DNA of 63,373 bases, filler included, from Lenisia limosa (GCA_001655205.1; 11 parts of 11 records of this genome joined end to end with filler, not necessarily neighbours in it), one strand, 5' to 3'; positions 1-13,638 are shown, counted from the whole stretch's first letter. A program made the numbers and translations. The notes: generated from the sequence alone by a model not told the origin.

Positions 1-1243
1 TTGCCATCGAGAGCAATAACGGTTAAGTTATCAAAGAGAGTTGAGGAGTAATAGCCATTCTTCGCAAAACTGTCATGAGACTAAATATGTCATTGGGGAG
101 TAAAATTGGAAAATCAAGGAACAAAAATAATAAAAAGTTAAATTGGAATCTTTTGAAGATCTGGGGGGTGGGGGGTAAGGTTGGCGTGAAATTGGAAAAT
201 TTATGAAACAAAACAAAGGCCTATGGCTGGCAACACACGAGGGTTGGAAACAACAAAACAAAGCCCAGGCCAGTCGCTTCAGAAGCACCGCATCCCATCA
301 CCACTCTAAACAATGTGCGACTATCTGCTAAATCTGGGCTTACACCAATATTCTTCCCTGAAATTTCCTCCGTCATATCAGCCCCGCCCACCTCTCCCAG
401 CCAATTTTTCCATTCATTTGCAACATGGGAAAGCAGAACGTCTACTGTGTTAATACTAAGGCTGCGACATACAGTGACTGGTGTAAGTCTTGACCTATTT
501 GCTATGTAATTTCCTCAAGGAAATTAGGTCAAGACTTAGGGTGGTCTTCCAATCTCATATATGATATGATATTTAATATAATATGATAAGTTACTATACA
601 TATATATCATGTATACAGTGACCGGGACTTGCCCTATTTTCCTTGGGACATCACATAGCAAATCGGTCAAGACTTCTTCTGGTTGCTGTATATGTGGCAA
701 AATGAGAAGAGGAATGATTACTTTTTGATTACTTTTTCGTTTTTTGAGTGTATTTATTTCTATTTGATATTATTTTAAAATATACATGTATAATAACGTG
801 AAAATCATGTATTATAGTTATATATTATATCATAGTACACATATGATATGCAATTAGGGATCCAGAAAAAAAGACTGAGTAAGATATAATTTTGTCTTGA
901 AAGTCGGCCATTGTTCACATCACTAGTGGATATGACTCCATTTTTGAGATCGAAAAGCAATCATTGAGTTGTTTCCCAAGATCTAATTTCAAAATACATC
1001 GTCAAGAAAAAGATAGGGAATGGATAGGGATTATAAAAAAAACTAAAGATTCCAAAAAAACTCACGATTCAAGTTGTCCTAGAACTAGGGCTTCACTTCG
1101 GTTCGAAAAAGACCAGTAAAATATCGATAGTTTTCGAGAATTTATCGAGAAATTCAGTCTTTTTCGAACCGAAGTGAAGCCCTACCTAGACCCCCCACCC
1201 TCCCTACCACAAGGCTCATAGTCAGGGAAGACATCATTATTGC
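1..1243 (-). CDS. Calcineurin-like metallophosphoesterase, acid sphingomyelinase-like / endopolyphosphatase family (internal fragment, 3 exons seen)
   Basis: GT-AG exons 1243-1208 (GNNDVFPDYEPC, GN[H/N]D motif), 444-392 (DVLLSHVANEWKNWLGE) and 80-1 (SHDSFAKNGYYSSTLFDNLTVIALDG) follow the motif order of ASM/SMPDL3/PPN1 proteins. Both ends lie outside this piece. Confidence 0.75.
616..688. mobile_element. Family B: ~75-bp Tc1/mariner-like MITE (TA|CAGTGACCGGGATAAGTCTTGACCGATTT...CACTG|TA); ~10 copies
   Basis: Near-perfect hairpin with CAGTG/CACTG termini and TA flanks. Copies at ~470, 616, 3160, 5789, 18374, 38268, 38830, 55618, 59068 and 62842. Confidence 0.85.
1086..1184. mobile_element. Family A: ~100-bp hAT-like MITE (TIR TAGGGCTTCACTTCGGTTCGAAAAA); ~20 copies in the window
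   Basis: This copy has flanks CCTAGAAC/CCTAGACC. Other copies at ~2894, 3514, 6865, 9474, 14545, 21967, 23510, 25802, 32780, 36650, 37277, 39433, 40084, 42985, 43505, 49070, 50163, 59467, 61039 and 63217. Confidence 0.85.
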
Positions 1244-1599
1244 CTGAAATAATTAGTGCATGCTATACACTTGATAACAGCGTGGGCGCGGAAGCATGGT
1301 AATTTGTTTATGGTATCCCTATGTATTTATTTGTTTGCCATTCTAATGTATAGTATTTCTCTTGTTCAAAAAAATCTAAAATTGGTAGTTACTAACATTG
1401 GAGGCAACAAAAATTTATATGATATACTATATCGATATACTATAGCAATGAGAAATAAAAACAAGGTTGTGTTTGGCCGAAGCCGTCTACACCATCACGC
1501 TTATAAGGGATATTGAACTATAGTATAACATTAATTGACCCAATCATTTGCCTTACACCGCTTTCCGCGTGCCTCCCCAGCATCCCAAAGTATGGAAAA

Positions 1600-1699
1600 N
1601 NNNNNNNNNNNNNNNNNNNNNNNNNNNNNNNNNNNNNNNNNNNTTAATTAATTAANNNNNNNNNNNNNNNNNNNNNNNNNNNNNNNNNNNNNNNNNNNN
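1600..1699. other. Artificial assembly spacer N44-TTAATTAATTAA-N44 (also 10734-10833, 17058-17157, 22206-22305, 43639-43738, 47017-47116, 49201-49300, 54251-54350, 58685-58784, 59967-60066)
   Basis: Ten identical 100-nt blocks carry a 12-mer with stops in all six frames. Genes often do not continue across them (e.g. the DOCK gene at 60067), so adjacency across spacers is not reliable. Confidence 0.95.
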
Positions 1700-1821
1700 G
1701 TCACTCATATTCACAGTGACCACCACCCTGTCACTCATATTCACAGTGACCACCACCCTATCATACCTTCATCAATTAACACCTTCGGCATTACCAAGCA
1801 AACACTTGACTAATCCTTCAG

Positions 1822-4502
1822 ACCAATTTGCATGCCACGCCAACAACACTGTCAAGGTGTATCCTGGAGGCCTGTGTGAATGCAACGATTTCTCTGTTGG
1901 CGCACAGTGTAACGTTTGTGCTGCCTTCGCCTACATGAACAACGGTATATGCACTAAATGTTAGCTGGGATGGGATACAAAAGACCCTATTCATTGGCCA
2001 TCACTTGTAATTAACTTTTGGATTTTCAGATTATTCAGTTCGTGACTGGTACCTTTTTGCTACTATTCTGCATCGAAATTTCCTTAGTTTTACACACGTG
2101 CCCACCCCNNNNNNNNNNNNNNNNNNNNNNNNNNNNNNNNNNNNNNNNNNNNNNNNNNNNNNNNNNNNNNNNNNNNNNNNNNNNNNNNNNNNNNNNNNNN
2201 NNNNNNNNNNNNNNNNNNNNNNNNNNNNNNNNNNNNNNNNNNNNNNNNNNNNNNNNNNNNNNNNNNNNNNNNNNNNNNNCAGTAAATTCCTTCATTTGAC
2301 TCCCCCCAGCGCCATGCAGTCAATTTGGCTCCTCAGTCTTTACCGACACCTGCAAGTGCAGCACGGGTTTTGCTGGTACGTCTCACGGGCAAAAGAAAAT
2401 TTCGATTACGTGTGTAAGTATCAGGGGTCAAAGTAGAATAATCTCATTCACCAGTATAGACGGCAACAAAGGTTCCAAACATGTCAAATATCAATTTAAG
2501 AAATGATCAACAGAGCATAACCTGTTTTTATCCCCTAGGACCTCACTGTGACAAGTGTGATACTGGATTCTTCAACTACCCTTCTTGCAGAGGTAAGAAG
2601 GATCATCAGCTTCTTCACTATTATCTTCAGACAAACATATACAATATTATACTTCATACTAATCCATGGGCTTCAATAGGATGAAACAGCTCTTTTACTA
2701 GCCGTATCTCTCAAATTTCTGAGGGGAAATTCAGGCTTTCGGCAGTGAGGTCTCTATTGAAACTAAGATCATAGAAGATCCTGCTGTAATGTAAAATATT
2801 TTGTTTCCTAGTGTACTCATTAACATGGACAGGATGTGAGTGTGCAAAGGAAACTTCAAATGGTGACAAGTGCGATGCTGATGGAAACGTATGAAGGGCT
2901 GAGACTCTGGGTCTTCACTTCGGATCGAGAAAAGACTCCGACTTTTTCGGACCAAAGTGAAGCCCTTTGCAGAGCATTGAATCATTGAATGCATCATGGA
3001 AAAAGACTGCATTCATAGCATACTCTTGCATAATAGGGGTATATCGATACTCTCCTCTGATTTAACCAACCAGTGCGACTGTAAAGAGGCGTACACGGGT
3101 GCGTCATGCTCAATTTGCCGCAACGGTCTTACTTACCCGGTAAGACACCTTGTTCATACAGTATCGGGATAAGTTGACCTAATTGCTGTGTGATTATCAA
3201 TGGAAAATCGGTCAAGACTTATCCCGGTCACTGTTCAGAGAATTATAAGTTATATTTCAACTCACAAATATTTTTTCATGTTGGTAATCAGAATTAAAAT
3301 TATGAAGTCGGTGTTCTCTTTGTTGACTTTTTAGGAGTGTGAGCATTTGGATGACTTCGACGGTGATGACAAGAAATCGGTTAGCTTTATTGGGGCAACT
3401 ATGAAGACGCTCAAATGATAAATAAAATCTAATTGTATATCTAATCTGGTATATCTGAAAGTATCACATCGAATCAAACTATGACATCTGGATACACTGT
3501 TTTGTGTTTCTTCAAGGGCTTCACTTCAGTACGACAAAGACCTTAAAATATCGACGGTCTTCGAGGATTTATCGAAAAATCTGGTCTTTTTTTTATAACC
3601 GAAGTGCTGGTTGCTACATAATGAATTGCCTTTTTCTGAACCTCACCTTTCAGCACAAGTGGATTCTCTGGGTGATTGCAGGTGTTGTTGGAGGTAGAAG
3701 GGATATTATTTCTCTTTTGTTTTGCCTTGACCATATTTTCAGTCCTCAATTGTCACTCAAATGGATATAAAGTGTCAATCATAACACTGCGAGAAATATG
3801 AACCAATATCCACTAACGATATGATTATATGACCGCTTTTCGAGTCAAAATGGTTCACGAAGATAACACGGTTCATCCCAAGCGTATCAATGATTGAGAT
3901 CGTGTCAGTCAATTATCATACGAATGGATATGAGGTATCACGCTGCGTGGACAATAATAGTTCACACGTGTGAAAATGATCCAAAAAGTGATATGTTATC
4001 GCGGGTTGATATTTTTTTCATTTACACACAAAACTAACTCCGAGACTTTGTCACTCCAACCTCCGGTTTCTAGGAGTGACATTTCCTTGATATCGTGAAT
4101 CATCCCTTGTTTCTCATGAGCTAGTCCATTAACCAGGATATCGTATCATATGTGTTCATTTGGATCCCTATTTTTAATGTTGCCATTATTCTACCAACCA
4201 AAGGGAACCCTTTAGTTTATTTTGTTATAACTCATAAGTTGGTTTCCGTTGTTTGATTTGCTGTTTTAAACCGTTTGTTTTCCAACATTGTATTATAATC
4301 TTACCCTTTTTACACNNNNNNNNNNNNNNNNNNNNNNNNNNNNNNNNNNNNNNNNNNNNNNNNNNNNNNNNNNNNNNNNNNNNNNNNNNNNNNNNNNNNN
4401 NNNNNCATTTTTACTTTTTTTGTAGTTGGTGTCGTGGGAGCGGTAGCAGTTGTGTTCATGAAGCCTAAGGCAAAGAAGGATGACTACTCCGCAATTGAGT
4501 AG
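1822..4502 (+). CDS. Single-pass membrane protein with laminin-type EGF repeats (5' end missing)
   Basis: Exons ~1822-1960 (CECNDFSVGAQCNVCAAFAY), ~2310-2376 (PCSQFGSSVFTDTCKCSTGFA), ~2540-2592 (GPHCDKCDTGFFNYPSCR), ~2835-2888 (CECAKETSNGDKCDADGN), ~3074-3139 (CDCKEAYTGASCSICRNGLTYP), ~3337-3380, ~3655-3695 (HKWILWVIAGVVG) and ~4425-4502 (GVVGAVAVVFMKPKAKKDDYSAIE*). All are GT-AG and most join in frame. Confidence 0.85.
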
Positions 4503-5358
4503 AAATTTGTATTGTGTGATGGTTTGGTTCAATATAGTATACTCTTCGACAGCCTCATAAGCACATTGGTGTGACAGAGTTTTATTATTTTTTTGCAAGA
4601 AATAACATTAATCTGGGAAACAAAACAACACTGAGACACAAAAACAAATTACTCAATGTCTTTGTCTCTTTTACAAATGATATTGGGTCGCGTTCAATAT
4701 CTATTTTCATATTCAGTGATACCAAAAACCAACATAATGTGTAAATATGTCAATGTTGCCCTGAAAGGGGGACGTCAAAGACTCATGTTAGAAACATAGA
4801 ACTAATTCTTTATCAATTTTTTGTCGATGAAAATTGAAACAGATTTCAACATTCGGAATTTAACAATTTCACATTTATGAAAATCGTGTAAAGGCTTAAT
4901 TGTAAAGGGATCTCCTCACCCGGGAAATAATGAAATGATGCGGCAAACAGCTTATTCGAGCAGTAAAAAGGTACATCAACATCAAATGGGGTTGACACAA
5001 AACTGGTTTTTTGTTGGATCATTCGCCTGGTTAATTTTCCCAGAATACATCTAGCAATGATGCAATTATTGAATTATTGTTGCACAATTTCAGCAATATC
5101 ATCAAGAAACTCAAAAAAAAATACGAATAAAAAGGGAAGATGGGATGGGCTTGGGTGGGTAAAAACGATCAAATCAAAATTGTTTTTTTTTGTTTTTTCA
5201 TTCATCAATTCCTTTTTGGCAACATCCCTCCTTTATCGAGTTAATTGTATTAGTGTTTACAAAAGCAGGATAGGCGTGGCTAGTTTGTGAGATATATGAA
5301 TGGTAGTGCTCGCATTATTACTAATTTGACAAGCTAGAGATCCATACGTCATTACAAG

Positions 5359-8300
5359 ATGGATTTAGGGCTTAAGGCTTACTCCACAGCCGCGTTCCAT
5401 CATTCTGAGCCCTTAGTTTACGTTGGAGACGGAGTAACTCTAAAAGGTTGGCGCTTCCCCGTCTACACCTTAATGCTTTAGCTATTTCTCTTCAATTAGG
5501 AACGGTAGAATGGGCAGTGTCTGTAAAGCGCTTCATTCCCCGTGACTTCCCACCCAGTTCCTCGTTCATCATGTCGATCGCTCAGTGCAAGTCGGATCCT
5601 TATATAGCGACTTGTCTTATTGTAGGCAAGAGGTTTATGTTGGTTGATAAGAGATGTTGGGGTATATTTAAGAGGTAGGGGTGAAGACGATCATCAATAT
5701 TCTTTGAGCTGTTTAAGGGAAAGTCAAAGCTGCTCTCCTCTTATATTTAACAACAACAGAAACACAGTTTGATTTATTTATTTACAAACTGACCTCGATA
5801 AGTCCTGACACGGATATTGAGCTTTATCTTTAGCCAGTCATGTCACGACATAGCGCGGTCAATGTATTATATTATAAGATATTAATCCCCCACCTCGCAA
5901 TCACAACATAATTCCTCAGACAGGGGAGGTTTTGGTCTTCAAAACGTCAGAAACACGGATACCTGTCTTACACACCCGCTTTTCTGCGCATAAAACAAAG
6001 GCACAGGAGGTCAAATTTGTTTGTGGGGATGAGAGTCTTATTCACTACGCCCAATTCTTTAACATAAATACTATGTTCATATAGTATATACATCATATAG
6101 TAATACCATATAATAATAGAGATGAGACAAAAAAAAAGGTTGTATCTGGCCAAGGCCGTCCACACCNNNNNNNNNNNNNNNNNNNNNNNNNNNNNNNNNN
6201 NNNNNNNNCTATATCAAGGTCGAAGGCGGACATAATATCCTCGGTGAGAGGGGAAGGTCTATGAAACTTAATCTTGGGCTCCGTGCAATTAACTGACAAA
6301 AATAGAAACATTTGAAGGGCAACATTATCATGTAAATTCAATTTCAGACACTTTAGTCATTTAATTTCTTCACAAATTAATTGCACCGAGCCCCGAATAC
6401 CCACCAAGTTTCTTGCGGGTACTGAGATACTCCCCCTACCCGTAGTGATATATTAGTACATATCTCATCATACATATCCAGTGTTTCACTTCGGTCAGTT
6501 TGGTATATTTCATTTACCAAACCGAACCGAACTATTCATATCACACATTTATACAATAGTTTGGTGTGATGGGATGCGGTGCTGCATAAGCGACTGGCCT
6601 GGGCTTTGTTATCAGCCAACAGAGTTGATTTGGGCCTTTTTTGTTTCATATATTTTCAAATTTTACTCCCCCCCCCCCNNNNNNNNNNNNNNNNNNNNNN
6701 NNNNNNNNNNNNNNNNNNNNNNNNNNNNNNNNNNNNNNNNNNNNNNNNNNNNNNNNNNNNNNNNNNNNNNNNNNTTTGCAGTTCATCCCACTCGTCCCCT
6801 TTTGGTGTGTTTTGGGTTTTGGATAAGGTTGTTCTGTTTTGCTATTTCTTGTCATTATAAGGTTCCAAACAAAACTGAATCCTCGATAAATCCTCGATAA
6901 ATCCTAAATAAATCCCAAATCCTCGATAACTCCTCGAAAACCGATATTTTTTTTATGTAGTTTGGAAACGAACATGAAGCTCATTTTGTGATAAGGTTTT
7001 GTCATTTCTTGTCATGGATTATTTTCATGTTTACGAAAAGATCATATCATGTAAAATAGGTAAACCCTCGACAAAATCGAATTTACCGGCTGACATTCCA
7101 GGCCATTGCCACTGATGAAGGGCTCGCGAGGCTCTGGGAAACGGACACTGGCTTTCTCAGGTTTATGCTTATGGGTGGGGGGTTAAAAAAATGTTTTGAA
7201 TCACGAAATCGAACCGCGACATAGCGTTTGGAATGCCTTTCTCAGATTGTTTCCCAAGTTATATAAATAGCTTTAAAGTATATACTTTTTTTTTGATCCC
7301 CAACAAATTTCTCATGCCCCAGGCGAGGACCAAAAGTCGAGTCTTGGCGGCTTGGTCAGTGCACTTCAGTTCCATCCCGACTTGGTAGGCTTTTTTATTG
7401 TCTTTTGTCGCGGATTGGTGATTGAAGTTGAATATTCTATTGTGGTGTAATAATACGAATTCATTTTTACACTGAATGTTACACCGCCCCCGATATCGTA
7501 TAAATCCCCTTCATAATTCATATCCCCCCCATGATGGAGTGATTTGTATATTATTCTATTATGTATTGATAATGACTCTGAAGTCGATTTTGAGAAAGGA
7601 GTAAGTGGCGTGATTCAGGCTCAATATGACGCGCAGTAAAGAATAGCGTGCTTCGGGTATCCGAGACAACTTTTCCATTTGAAACCCTGCTTTAAACGTA
7701 ACACTCGCCCCAGTATTTAATAACCCCCCAGGACACAAATTTTCCAATTTTTTATTCCACTGGTTATGAAGCTTCTGCAAATGATAACGTGTTGTTAGTT
7801 TAAAACATTGATTATTTGAAACTTGTGATCTCTCTCATGATTTAGGTAAGCGGAGTGTTGTGTGTCGCGTATGAAGGTGTAAGAGATGGATTGTTTATTT
7901 CTCCTGTTGAAACCTATCACTTCCTTTTCGTATTCGTCTATGACAGTGTAAAGATATTGAGATCGGTATATTGAAAGCTAGGATTGCAGTGTCAGGAGGA
8001 AAACCATGTTGGACGATTGTTATATAGGGTTAAAACCCATAACACCTACCCTTCATGAGGCCCTATTGTATATTGAAGAAACATATAGAGCCTAGTTTAG
8101 GAGCATTACCTGGGATAAGGAGGGTGGGCTCAAAAATATTTCAAAAGAGAATTGTTATTCAAATTTGGTGTTAAATCTCAGATGAACTGAAATAGTCTCT
8201 TAACATATTTAAATTGTGTGATTATGTTTCTGCTATCATTGTCTACATCCCTCTTTACCTGAAATAAAACTACCATTAAAACACACTGCTGCATTTAAGA

Positions 8301-10623
8301 TTATTTCACTCCTCCAGGACATAGTGATAGCAGGTACAGCTTCAGGCCGGCTCGGATCATGGGACATATCTGGCGCGTCAGCAGCACGAATGATCATGGC
8401 TGTGGACGTATACACAACGTCTGCGTTCGAAAGCGTGACGGCTATTGAGGTACTGAGCCACTCGCTTTCTATTCTCCCTTTCTGCCCCCTCTACCCATTC
8501 TTATTTTATTTTTTTTTGTTTCTTGGGATTAGTCCATCAAGCCTCCTTTGTTGCATAGCCTTCTCCTTATTTTCCTTTTGAGTAATACTCATATAAGCTA
8601 TAATTTTGCATCACGTGCCCTTTCCAGTTCACTTCGCGTTACAATGCGCTCAACGCAATGACACCCCTCCTGATGAGTATTTCATCTCCACACGATCACG
8701 CCGCCGGGGTGGTTCAGCCCTATGTTGTCGATTCTGAAGGTGGGAGAAGCAATAAATTTTTTGGTTTTTATTTGAAAAACAATAATACCATGAATTGTTT
8801 TGGGTTTGGGGACCTTTTTTCTTTCACTAACCTTTGGATTTTTATCGGGGGATGGGGTGCCTTTCTCATTTCTCACCACACAGGCTTCCTGTCGCCTGCT
8901 ACTGGCCTGCCATCAAAGAAAATGGCCTCAATCCACCCAGCAGCGTGTTCTGGGGCTAGCGTGCTTGCTCATCCCACTGTCCCTTACTATACGCTTTTAC
9001 CGAAGCCTTCAACTGTGAGTGGATGTGTGTGACAACACATCTCTTATTCCCCAGGCTTGGTGCGGCATTACCCTGGTCCCCCTGTCTGATGCGGGGTACC
9101 CAGCAGCCATCCATCCCCTAGTTGCTCTCCGTGCGGCCCGGCTTTCAATGCAGTCGCCGTTTTCAGTTCGACCACCTCCGGCCGCGTGCTTTATTATGGA
9201 CCCTGAAAGGGTATGTTTCAAAACCGTCCCACATTGACACTCCCCCTCTCTATATAGAGGAATACTGGGGAGGCACGCAGAAAGCTGTGTACACAGAGTT
9301 GTTAGGCAAATGATTGGGTGAATTAATAGTATTCAATAATTCAGCATCATTAGCGTAATGGTGTGGTTACAACAGTGTTTTTATTCTCAGAGGAATACTA
9401 TAATATTATATGGTCTTTTTTTTTACCACCATTATCTATGGAATATACATGATATACTATGATGGGCAGTGACTAGGGCTTACCAACGATCCCAAAAAAA
9501 GACTGAATTTCTTGATAAATCTCGATAAATATTGATATTTTACCGGTCTTTTTCGGACAGTCGGGAAGCCCTAAGTATATCATCATACTGTATATTAAAC
9601 AGAGGGCAGTGGATAAGGCTCAAAGATAAAAGATGGTGCTTGTGATCTCGAGGGTATTTTATATAGAACTATTTGTATGTGTCGTAGCTACTTGGGGTTC
9701 TGTTGCATGACAATAATACTGATTCTTGCTCTTTAATTCTTGCTTCCTTTTTTTTTTAACAAGAAAAAATATATTTTACATTAGAAATCTAGGGAACAAA
9801 TATATACATAGGGATACCATACACAACTTCCCTTTTCATACCTTTGCTGAATGAGCAATTTTAAAACTGGTCCTTATTTTCCAGGTAGCAGCAGTACCAC
9901 AAAATCCCGAACTAAGTCCCCCGAATGTTTGTGTGTTTTGATTTTTTTAATCATTGTGTGTTTCTCTCAGAGTTTTTATTGTGTTCAAATTTCCTTCGTT
10001 TACCCCCCCCCCTCGTGTGATGGGATGCGGCACTGCAGAAGCGACGGGCCTGGGCTTTGTTTGTTTGTTTTGTTACCACCCTCGTGTGTTGTCAGCCCAC
10101 AGAGTTGATTTGGGCTTTTTTNNNNNNNNNNNNNNNNNNNNNNNNNNNNNNNNNNNNNNNNNNNNNNNNNNNNNNNNNNNNNNNNNNNNNNNNNNNNNNN
10201 NNNNNNNNNNNNNNNNNNNNNNNNNNNNNNACTCCTCATCCCCGTTCGCCTTTCAGTGGCCTCACTAGAACCCGAGCTGGAGGCCCCAGGGACTGTCATT
10301 TCGCCCAAAGCCGAGGCAACCGCTTTGGCGCCTAGGGTGGGAGCACAGTGGAACTTGTTGATTGTTGAGGTTTCTTTTTCGCTTCATCAATATTCCAATT
10401 TTACCGCTGGAGTGTTTAGTTCCGTGCTCAGAAGCCACTGGCTGGGTTTTGTTTTGTTGTTTTCAACCATCGTGTGTTGTCAGCTAAAGAGTTGATTTGG
10501 GCTTCTTTTTTTTTGTTTCAGAAATATTTCATTCTTACCACTCCCCGCAGGTGACATGCGCGATAGTAAGCCGCAAACTCGGCTTGAACGGGGCGGATGC
10601 GGCTCTGCAGAACTGCTTCGTGA
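5359..10623 (+). CDS. WD40/beta-propeller repeat protein (multi-exon, 3' end runs into spacer)
   Basis: Exons encode MDLGLKAYSTAAFHHSEPLVYVGD, AVHPTRPLLVCFG (~6775), AIATDEGLARLWETDTG (~7102), LVSALQFHPDL (~7325) and DIVIAGTASGRLGSWDISG (~8318), with further exons at ~8628, 8884, 9054, 9886, 10257 and 10551. Some phases are unresolved. Confidence 0.65.
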
Positions 10624-10631
10624 GGTAGTAG

Positions 10632-10733
10632 GGAGTGTCTGGGGTGTCTGGGGTGTCTGGAGTGTCTGGGGTGTCTGGGGTGTCTGGGGTGTCTGGAGTG
10701 TCTGGAGTGTCTGGAGTGTCTGGGGTGTCTGGA
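10632..10733. repeat. 9-bp tandem repeat (RGTGTCTGG)n, intronic
   Basis: About 11 units lie directly after a donor site and run into the spacer. Confidence 0.9.
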
Positions 10734-11201
10734 NNNNNNNNNNNNNNNNNNNNNNNNNNNNNNNNNNNNNNNNNNNNTTAATTAATTAANNNNNNNNNNN
10801 NNNNNNNNNNNNNNNNNNNNNNNNNNNNNNNNNGTTGGGCGCCAACGCTATTCCTCTAATTTCCACCTGTTTTACCTTTCTTCCTTTCTTCCCCTCGTCT
10901 CAGCTCTTCCCCGCTATATTGCACACACAATTATATATATATATTGGAGGCCGGGCACCAGGGGGCGAGGAGTTTGTGTGTATGAGCGAAGTGCTGTAGT
11001 GGTTACATTTCAAGGCTTATCAAGACTCTATTTTGATGAACACTCAGCAGAGGCTGGCTTGGGACCGAGAAGCGCTTTCTTTCTTACTGTCGCACCACTA
11101 AAACTGAATTCCCAGGAATCTCGTTTTTGAAATTATCATTGCGTAAGTTCACTACATTTAGCCTCTCAGTGTCACGGTAATATTTGGGTTCACTTCTACA
11201 G

Positions 11202-13638
11202 TTTATTATGGCGGAGTTGGAGGAGCCAGTCCTCCCCTCCCTCGGCCCTTACCTCACCTACTCTGTAGGCTAGGGTGGAGCAGTGTGATTTTAGATATCC
11301 ACAGTAAAGAGTTGAGTATTACGTTCTGAGTAATTTCCCATATTTTGCTGTGACACTTTGTTTTTAAAGAATTACGTGAGCCGCCGTTCTCTACATTTAT
11401 TTACTGAGGATAAGTTTGTCAGATTGATCAACTCCAGATTTCTCTGAACCTTTTCTCATAACTTAGGATACGCATGATGAGAACGCCAACTTCACCGCAC
11501 CCCCTTTATCTGTCCCCCACGATCTCATCACTGCCAACTCACAAGAGACCGAGGTCCGAAACGCGGCAAGAGATCACCGAGATTTGTTCTCTAAGATTGC
11601 TGTTGACGAGAGCCACGCGACAGACATGCGGGAAATCTGCCAGCCCCATTTGTGCTACTGGAACTATGGTAGTGATTTCCGAGACTTTGACATGGTGTTC
11701 CGGTCGTTCACAACGCGCAAACAGGTTTGTGGGGGTGGGGTGGAAGAACAACGGATTCCCTTCAATGATTGTTTTTGATTGTAAACCAAATTTAATTCTG
11801 GATGTGAAACAAAGATCATATCTGTTTGCTCACCCTCCAATTTTGTCTTTGTATTTTTTTTTTATTTTTTTTGAATATCCCACGAATTTTTCACGTAATT
11901 CTCTCCATATTTCGGGAAAGCAGGTTCATTGAGATCACATCAAAGGTTGAAGACGAGATTCGAACGCTCTCAACGTTGTCCATAAATGGTGCAGGTCATC
12001 TGCCAAGACCAATCGAGCGCATCCTTGAGCTTGTTCGGGGATATTACTCTTCAAGTAGGTGGCTACTGGTGTATAAACCGTGTAAATTTGAAATTCGTAA
12101 ACTGGGAATTTTGAATCTCGTAAACTGGGAAATCGAATATTCGATTGCCTTACTCTTTCCGTTTATGATGTTAGAACTTGAGGAAGACTCACAGGAGTCA
12201 CAACAAAGAGAAAGTGGGTCACTATGATGATTGTGATGATCTTTCCGGAGTAGATAATGGGGGGGGGGGGGANNNNNNNNNNNNNNNNNNNNNNNNNNNN
12301 NNNNNNNNNNNNNNNNNNNNNNNNNNNNNNNNNNNNNNNNNNNNNNNNNNNNNTGTAAAGTCACAATAGTGCAGTGTTATTGCATATTATATGTTATAAT
12401 AGTACTAATATGAATGAATCATGCTCAACACCATAAATGGAAAAGTCTTACAGTGGAATTTTGAAATTTATGGGTGTTCTTATTTCCAAATTGGTGAAAG
12501 GCTCACAAAGCAGTGATACAAGGACCAACCCTTGAGGACTTCACCTGCCGCGTTCACCAGTCCCTCAAGCGCAGACTTATGGACCTGTTCCAGCCTGATG
12601 ACTGGGCTGTGGTGAAGGACTACACCGTCACGTCGCCAGATAAGGAGGTGTGTTGACACCGGATTATTCAGATAGTTATTAGTTTGTGTTTTGTGTTCAT
12701 TCCGTGTCACTTTACTTTGTAGGTATTTCGGTTGTGTTGCCACTACTGCAGCGAAACAATAGTGTGTTCCAAAGTTGACTCAGGACTAAATATCACCAAA
12801 AACAAATCCACTCGTATGGCCAATAAGTCTGTGAGCTGGGGGACTGTGTGAGGGATTTGGAAGTGAGCTTGATATCAAAAACGAAAACTCTTTATTTTTG
12901 ATCACACATTCCTCCAGGGCAAAAGGGCACCACGAGTACAGGTGGATATGTCGACGTTTGCACGCCACTTGGCTACTCGACATGGTGAGTGTGTTGATGC
13001 TTTTGTCATTTTATTTTTCTATGCTCACCGTTATAGGATTGGCGCTCAGATCTCCTAAATCAAGTTTGCTGGTTGCCATTCCTTTAAACTGAAGACACCT
13101 TTGCTGTATAACGTCATATTTATGTCATTTGAATTATTTATCACACCAAGAGCAATGAAGGACGGATTTTGCATTCTTATTTTAGTGTCTATTATGTACA
13201 CGCACAGTTGCTCACATTCAGTACAAGCAGGCTGCGCTGCCGTAGTTCCCGTCCAACTGGCCAGTATGCCTGATGGTACGCCCCTCCCCGCACTTTGGCA
13301 GATGGATGCCCCACTTGAGGTTCCTCAGGTTCAGGCATTCGACTATTCCGTGGGCCTTGGGGGGGGGGGGNNNNNNNNNNNNNNNNNNNNNNNNNNNNNN
13401 NNNNNNNNNNNNNNNNNNNNNNNNNNNNNNNNNNNNNNNNNNNNNNNNNNNNNNNNNNNNNNNNNNNNNNNNNNNNNNNNNNNNNNNNNNNNNNNNNNNN
13501 NNNNNNNNNNNNNNNNNNNNNNNNNNNNNNNNAATGCATCACGTTCAGGCCGTTTCGCCTCATATCGACGCCCTTCCACCCATCAATCCCGATCTGGATG
13601 ACAGGTTTGTTCAGTGGACTCCGTTGTTTGTACCCTGA
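11202..13638 (+). CDS. Unknown multi-exon protein with a BED-type zinc-finger-like motif
   Basis: Exons at ~11202, 11545-11725, 11924-12056, 12170, 12516-12648, 12723-12815, 12917-12984, 13229-13349 and 13549-13638. The spliced DDWAVVKDY...RLCCHYCSETI...STFARHLATRH fits W..F/Y...CxxC...HLxxxH. Stop codon at 13638. Confidence 0.55.

Noticed and set aside
344-391. Apparent coding extension VGGADMTEEISGKNIG|gtaag
   Set aside because: It matches the family G repeat found at 36530, 60170 and 61585, and the phosphoesterase alignment is better with the donor at 391.
1086-1184. Recurrent palindromes as a CRISPR array or tRNA (GGTTCGAA)
   Set aside because: The copies are dispersed, not separated by regular unique spacers; there are no cas genes and no cloverleaf. 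TIRs plus TSDs indicate MITEs.
1644-1655. TTAATTAATTAA palindrome recurring ten times
   Set aside because: It is always centred in 44+44 N, so it is an artificial all-frame-stop spacer and not biological.
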